From a virus: DNA of 62,969 nt. Location of the stretch: positions 1-62,969 of the IMG/VR virus record IMGVR_UViG_3300025000_000012. One strand, written 5' to 3'. Of the stretch, positions 58,457 through 62,969 are shown piece after piece (the first letter of the stretch is position 1; each line of letters opens with the position of its first letter). A model generated the notes under the pieces. The model saw only the letters and a program-made list of their open reading frames with translations. It ran no database searches and was not told the DNA's origin. Position numbers and translations under genes: made by a program.

Positions 58457-59424
58457 TGGCTACACCGCAAGAGTTCATAGATAATATAATCAGTAATGCC
58501 TTAGACACCGCGGATAATCAAACTGAAGCAGCGTCTGACGCAGCAGATGATTTGATCCGAGTCAACGCAGGTTTCTACCTCACTCCTCCGGACAGCTCAG
58601 CGGGCTTTGCAGTAGAGGCAGTAGAGCCCGAGATTCCTACTGCAAAGGACTCTACATATACGTACGAGGTAGAGTTGGAAAAATTGATAGCACTTCTCTC
58701 TGGCCAATTAGCTAGCTTCTTTCAGCTTTATTATCCATTAAGCTCAGATGCGTTTGATGAAGCTACAACATGGCTTGTTAATACGATAACTGTAGGCGGC
58801 ACGGGTATACGTCCTGATATCGAAGATCAGACATGGCAACGAGACCGTGAAAGAATAATCACCGAGGGTAATCGTCTTGAAGCCCAGGTAACAATAGGCT
58901 TCGCAGCTAAAGGCATTATGCTTCCTGCCGGTGCAATGAATAAGCAGATACGCAATATACGTCAAGCTGGTTACGCGGAGATAGGAAAAGCTTCTACAAC
59001 TATAGCAGTTGAGCAGCTCAAGATTGAAATTGAGACAATCAAGTTTGCAGTTGGTAAAGCTCTTGAGTCTCGTCAAATGGCTATGCAAGCCGCAGCAGAT
59101 TATATTCGCGCTATAGCGTCAGCGCCAGACGCTGCTGCTAGAGTCGCTGCTCTTAATAGTGACGTACAAGCCAAGATGATGGCTGCAGCAGCGAGTTTCT
59201 ACGGCGTACGGCTCGACCGTGATAAGATCGTTCTCACGTCCAAGCTCGCTGAGATGGAGTCACGTGATACGATCTACAGGCATCGTCGTGACAATGCAAC
59301 ACAGAATGACCAAGTTAAAGTACAGGCCTTAGCCGCCGCTGCTGATGTATTTGCAAGAACCGCTTCAGCTGCGCTCTCTAGCCTTAATAGTATCGTGTCC
59401 TCAGCCACTAACGCGTTTGCATAA
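58456..59424 (+). CDS. Internal virion protein candidate (322 aa, Ala-rich helical)
   Basis: TAATG overlap. Position and composition are comparable to the podovirus internal core proteins that precede a giant ejection protein. Confidence 0.6.
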   Translation: MATPQEFIDNIISNALDTADNQTEAASDAADDLIRVNAGFYLTPPDSSAGFAVEAVEPEIPTAKDSTYTYEVELEKLIALLSGQLASFFQLYYPLSSDAFDEATTWLVNTITVGGTGIRPDIEDQTWQRDRERIITEGNRLEAQVTIGFAAKGIMLPAGAMNKQIRNIRQAGYAEIGKASTTIAVEQLKIEIETIKFAVGKALESRQMAMQAAADYIRAIASAPDAAARVAALNSDVQAKMMAAAASFYGVRLDRDKIVLTSKLAEMESRDTIYRHRRDNATQNDQVKVQALAAAADVFARTASAALSSLNSIVSSATNAFA

Positions 59425-59434
59425 GGAGAAGACT

Positions 59435-60760
59435 ATGGCATGGCCTAATGATAAAGCTGCTTACAAAGCACCAGTTAAAAGTAAGTTACAGAAAAAGATT
59501 GATGCAACTCCTGTTGGTACAGTAGCGGGTGCCCTCGGAAAAGCCGCTACTATTCCGCCGCGGGTTTTTAGTACAGTAGTTGAAAAAGCACCGGTTACTC
59601 AAGTAGCTAGCGCTGTGGCTAATACACTTTCTCAGGACAGTGCTACACAGAAACAAGCTATTGGTGCTATAACGCGTAAACGTGTTGGGGATAGCCGTAG
59701 AGGCTTGGTAACTCCGTTTAACTCAGACCTTAACGCACCTGCTACTGTTATACGTACACCCCCAGTTGAACCAGTAAGTGCTCCAGCTGTAGCAGTTCCT
59801 GTTTCGGCTTCGGTACAGCCTACTAGGTCTAGCCAGGTAGCACGTCAGGCGTTGATCAGTAAAGCGATGACCCGAGGTTCTGTACAACAGCCTTTTGCGG
59901 GTACTCAACAAGTCGGTAACATGGACGTAACCTTCGATAAGTCAGTACCTACTGCAGCACGACAAGCTTTTATGACTAATCCAGTGGAACCTACCGCGGG
60001 TATTCAGCGTTACCAAGATTATATGAATACACCGCGAGGTAGATTCTTCGGCGCTACTCCGGTGTCTGACGACACCGAGAGACCTATTGTCATGAATACA
60101 TTTGGCCAAGTCATGCAGGAAAAAGCACGCCGCAGTCTGATCAAAGACAACGCTGCAATGGATGCAGTATCTGAGAAGAACAGGATTGATGACCAGAGTA
60201 ATAAAGCATATAATGCTAATCAAGTCGAGAAAAACCGTATCGATGAAGAGGGCAACCTCCGAACCGCTGGTATAGAGAGCGCCAAGAATGCGCTGACGGC
60301 TAAAGAGGTCGCTTCACAGTCGGGCCTCAGAAGTGCACAAGCCGATCAAGCACAAACCGAGACAGAGGTTAAGCAGCAGCAATTCCTTCAGGAACGTCAA
60401 GTTGCTAAGCTTACTGATACAGTTATTAACGGTAAAACTCCTGAAGCACGTAAAGAAGCTGCGGAGATGCTTAAGTCTATTGGTGAGGTTAAGGGAAGTA
60501 CTTCTCAGCCTGAGATTATCCAGACTCCACCTATAGAAGAGCGTGATCCTGAAACCGGCGCACTGCGAACAGTACCTGGGACAATTTATAGAGTTGACAA
60601 GCAAACTGGCACATCCCGGGAAGTAGTTCCTGAGGGCGTTAACTTACCGTCAATCGCAGATGGTCAGGCAAGTTACCTGAAGTACAAAGGCACCGCTAAA
60701 GAAGCCGCGGCTAAAGCTGCATTCATAAAACAATTTGGATTAGACCCAGAGACATTATAA
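59435..60760 (+). CDS. Internal virion protein candidate (441 aa)
   Basis: Start re-set to ATG 59435 (AAGGAGAA upstream). Its stop overlaps the ATG of the giant ORF (TAATG). Confidence 0.6.
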   Translation: MAWPNDKAAYKAPVKSKLQKKIDATPVGTVAGALGKAATIPPRVFSTVVEKAPVTQVASAVANTLSQDSATQKQAIGAITRKRVGDSRRGLVTPFNSDLNAPATVIRTPPVEPVSAPAVAVPVSASVQPTRSSQVARQALISKAMTRGSVQQPFAGTQQVGNMDVTFDKSVPTAARQAFMTNPVEPTAGIQRYQDYMNTPRGRFFGATPVSDDTERPIVMNTFGQVMQEKARRSLIKDNAAMDAVSEKNRIDDQSNKAYNANQVEKNRIDEEGNLRTAGIESAKNALTAKEVASQSGLRSAQADQAQTETEVKQQQFLQERQVAKLTDTVINGKTPEARKEAAEMLKSIGEVKGSTSQPEIIQTPPIEERDPETGALRTVPGTIYRVDKQTGTSREVVPEGVNLPSIADGQASYLKYKGTAKEAAAKAAFIKQFGLDPETL

Positions 60761-62969
60761 TGGCAAAACCTTTTGACTTGCTGGAAGAAGAGACAACTTC
60801 TGTAAACAAACCTTATGATCTTCTGGAAGGTACTGAAAGTACTACGACAGATCCGACATTAGGCGGTATAACTGATACTCCTGTTGAAGGTGGCTTTGTA
60901 GCCTCTGCTAAGCAGTCCGTAGGCTCGACGATTAAAGGCATTGGACAAGCTGCTGCAGATTATATTCCAGGAGTAGAACAAGATAATCCTCTGACCTCTT
61001 ATGGTCAAGAAGTAATTGAAGCGAATCCTACAAAGATTCAAAAGCTGTCAGACGTTCCCGAGAATCCACTTACTACTGTAACTGAAGCAACGGGCGGCTC
61101 TGTTCCTCCTTTAGCTGGTATGATGGGTGTCCGGGCTCTTGGCGCGGGTATTACCGCTGTAGCTCCGCTCACAGGTCCCGCTGCTCCTGTAGTAGCTGGG
61201 ATCGGCGCATTCACCTCCTGGGCAGGCCCCGCTATTATCGCAGCACTTCCGTCCTATAGCAGCATCCGTGATAAGCAAATCTTTAAAGACCCTGATGCGC
61301 AGGAAGCCGCCGCGTCTAAATTCAAGGCTCTTCTTGGCGCTGGTGTAGTCGGCGCTATTGAAGTAGCCTTCGGTCCACAAGAGTGGGCCCTCGCTGCGAT
61401 GACTAAAGAGGGCCGTAAGGCCCTTGCTAAGAAGATCGAGAAGCTCGGTCTTGGTCAATCGTTTGTCCATACAGTAGGAACCTCCGCTGCTATTGAGGGA
61501 GCTGAAGAGCTTGTACAGAACCCAGTTGAGCAACTCGCCGCAGGTGATAACCCACTCACTGAAGAGAGTCTCATGGAGACAGCTCTTGGCGGTGTTATGG
61601 GTGTAGCCGGTGGCGGTGTCATGGGTGGAGTTACACACGTTCTTCTTCCTAAGAGCAAGACTAAGGGAGATCCCTCTGAAGCGGTCCTCTCGCATATCGA
61701 GAAACAGAAGCCTACTGCTCTGCAGCTCACAGCTCTTAAGAACTCACCTGAGCAGTTGAAGAGAGTAGGACTCACGCCCGCGCACATAGACTCTCTCCTG
61801 GCTAAGCATGATAGTGGGACCGTTGAGACTGCACAATTCCAGTCCCTCTTAGACTCCGCACCCAACGATACTATACGCGCAGGTCTACTTGCTACTGCAG
61901 CAGGTGCTAAACACCTCTCAATCGAGAACGCCGAGACTATACGTAAGACCGCAGAAGCTAAAGCAAAAGAGCTTTCACACGCTAATGCTTTAACTTTAGC
62001 TGAGTCTCGGCGTACCGAACTCGCTGCTAAAATCGATCTTACACCTGACGAGGCCGTTCAGCTTACTCTCCTTAATAAAGCTGGCGTAGACCCAATAAAA
62101 CTCGGCCGCGCACTCAACAAGACTATAACAGAGGTCCCAGATTCTGCTAAGCCTGTTCCTCCGCCGAGTACTGACCTTTTACACTCAGACGCCAAGACTC
62201 TTATTGATGCTCGTGCTAATGAGCTTGCTAACAAGAAGTTCAGAACAACTAGCGAGAAGCATGAGCTTCTTAAGCTCGGCAAGATTCAGTCCGGTGGGTA
62301 TAGGATTGGCGATGTAGCAAAGACTCTTGGTCGTACGGTCCTTAAAGATCCTAAGGTCGCGACTCCTGTTACTGAGACTCCTGTTGTACCTAAGAATTAC
62401 TTAACCGCACAGCCGGGTGACATAATTACGCTATACCGCGGTGAGAACTCAGAGAATACTAAAGACGGTGAATGGTGGACTACTGATAAAGCTAAAGCAG
62501 AACGGTACGGTGTAGTAACGGAAGTATCGCTTCCTGCTGAAGTAGCCGCAGCTCATGCGGCGATGGGACATCATGGTCCAGACGAGTATGTCTTCTCAGG
62601 TAAACGCCCTGCTGAACTCGTCAATACACAGACTACTGCTACTCCTGAAGACATTGAAGCGCAGATCGCGGAGCAAGAAGCACCCGCTCCCGAGTTTGAT
62701 CTTCTTGCTAATGAAGCTGGATCTGAGGTCAATGACATTATGTATGACCTCGCTGATCAAGCCGTCGATACGCAGGATCAAGCGGATACCCGTGCTCGAG
62801 CTCAGAGATTCAAGACTCTCCAAGCTGCTGTACCTAACAACACCCCCTCCGCCTCTGCTGAAGTAGTACGCGCACCGCAGGGGGTTACTTCTACTGAGAC
62901 CCCGACTCTTAAAGCTGCTAAGGCTAAAGTAGCAAAGAATAAAAAAGCCACAGCACCTAAAGTCGCTAA
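60760..62969 (+). CDS. Giant virion/ejection (polyvalent-type) protein, N-terminal 736 codons (continues at 3..4490)
   Basis: ATG 60760. I translated the frame by eye to the window end and found no stop. Gly/Ala-rich hydrophobic segments (GMMGVRALGAGITAVAPLTGPAAPVVAGIGAF) and a compact YRG...WWTTD...DEY module at 62421-62601. Absent from the ORF track because it has no stop in the window. Confidence 0.8.
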   Translation, partial: MAKPFDLLEEETTSVNKPYDLLEGTESTTTDPTLGGITDTPVEGGFVASAKQSVGSTIKGIGQAAADYIPGVEQDNPLTSYGQEVIEANPTKIQKLSDVPENPLTTVTEATGGSVPPLAGMMGVRALGAGITAVAPLTGPAAPVVAGIGAFTSWAGPAIIAALPSYSSIRDKQIFKDPDAQEAAASKFKALLGAGVVGAIEVAFGPQEWALAAMTKEGRKALAKKIEKLGLGQSFVHTVGTSAAIEGAEELVQNPVEQLAAGDNPLTEESLMETALGGVMGVAGGGVMGGVTHVLLPKSKTKGDPSEAVLSHIEKQKPTALQLTALKNSPEQLKRVGLTPAHIDSLLAKHDSGTVETAQFQSLLDSAPNDTIRAGLLATAAGAKHLSIENAETIRKTAEAKAKELSHANALTLAESRRTELAAKIDLTPDEAVQLTLLNKAGVDPIKLGRALNKTITEVPDSAKPVPPPSTDLLHSDAKTLIDARANELANKKFRTTSEKHELLKLGKIQSGGYRIGDVAKTLGRTVLKDPKVATPVTETPVVPKNYLTAQPGDIITLYRGENSENTKDGEWWTTDKAKAERYGVVTEVSLPAEVAAAHAAMGHHGPDEYVFSGKRPAELVNTQTTATPEDIEAQIAEQEAPAPEFDLLANEAGSEVNDIMYDLADQAVDTQDQADTRARAQRFKTLQAAVPNNTPSASAEVVRAPQGVTSTETPTLKAAKAKVAKNKKATAPKVA
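62843..62969. repeat. Terminal overlap, an exact copy of 1-127
   Basis: See the feature at 1-127. Confidence 0.95.

Noticed and set aside
1-62969. tRNA, rRNA, tmRNA, reverse transcriptase/DGR or retron, toxin-antitoxin pairs
   Set aside because: I scanned intergenic regions for T-loop-like GGTTCGAAT motifs and cloverleaf-sized gaps, and scanned the ORFs for YxDD reverse-transcriptase motifs. None were found. A by-eye scan cannot exclude a divergent tRNA, so tRNAscan-SE/ARAGORN should be run.

Overview
This window is a complete, circularly closed tailed-phage genome. Bases 1-127 are an exact copy of 62843-62969, so the unit length is 62,842 bp. No tape-measure, sheath or tube gene is recognisable, so the virion is probably podovirus-like, with an N4-gp56-type major capsid protein. 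A rightward packaging/structural/fibre/lysis block runs 41666 -> window end -> wraps -> 14438. It contains a double EndoVII/HNH protein, TerL, a ParB-like protein, portal, scaffold, capsid, about 12 virion genes and three internal-virion genes. The last of these is a 2,190-codon ORF that is only visible once the junction is closed. After it come fibre/beta-helix genes, a low-GC tyrosine recombinase and candidate lysis genes. A leftward early/replication block runs 38592 -> 14604. It contains prim-pol/VirE primase, many Cys-rich mini-proteins, a DUF2800 nuclease, ThyX, a DHH phosphoesterase, two MazG-like enzymes, a DUF2815 SSB, a split family-A DNA polymerase, VRR-NUC, ligase, SNF2 helicase and dCMP deaminase. 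The two blocks diverge from a 3-kb almost non-coding, repeat-dense control region (38593-41665) and converge at 14.45-14.6 kb. Seven near-identical sigma70-type promoters (TTTACT-N17-TATAAT) are readable, plus an eighth with a weaker -10. Several have a hairpin at the 5' end of the predicted transcript. The least explained signals are: (i) a family of three co-linear ~105-bp inverted-repeat-bounded intergenic elements plus solo copies of a 20-nt TACACTTTnAGAAAGG motif; (ii) five different repeat/iteron classes and DnaA-box matches in the control region; (iii) a protein with 37 uninterrupted Cys-X-X triplets encoded by a 333-bp 9-bp-periodic tract; (iv) the giant polyvalent virion protein. No tRNA, rRNA, CRISPR array, reverse transcriptase or recognisable endolysin was seen. 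All function calls come from motif reading by eye, without database searches.
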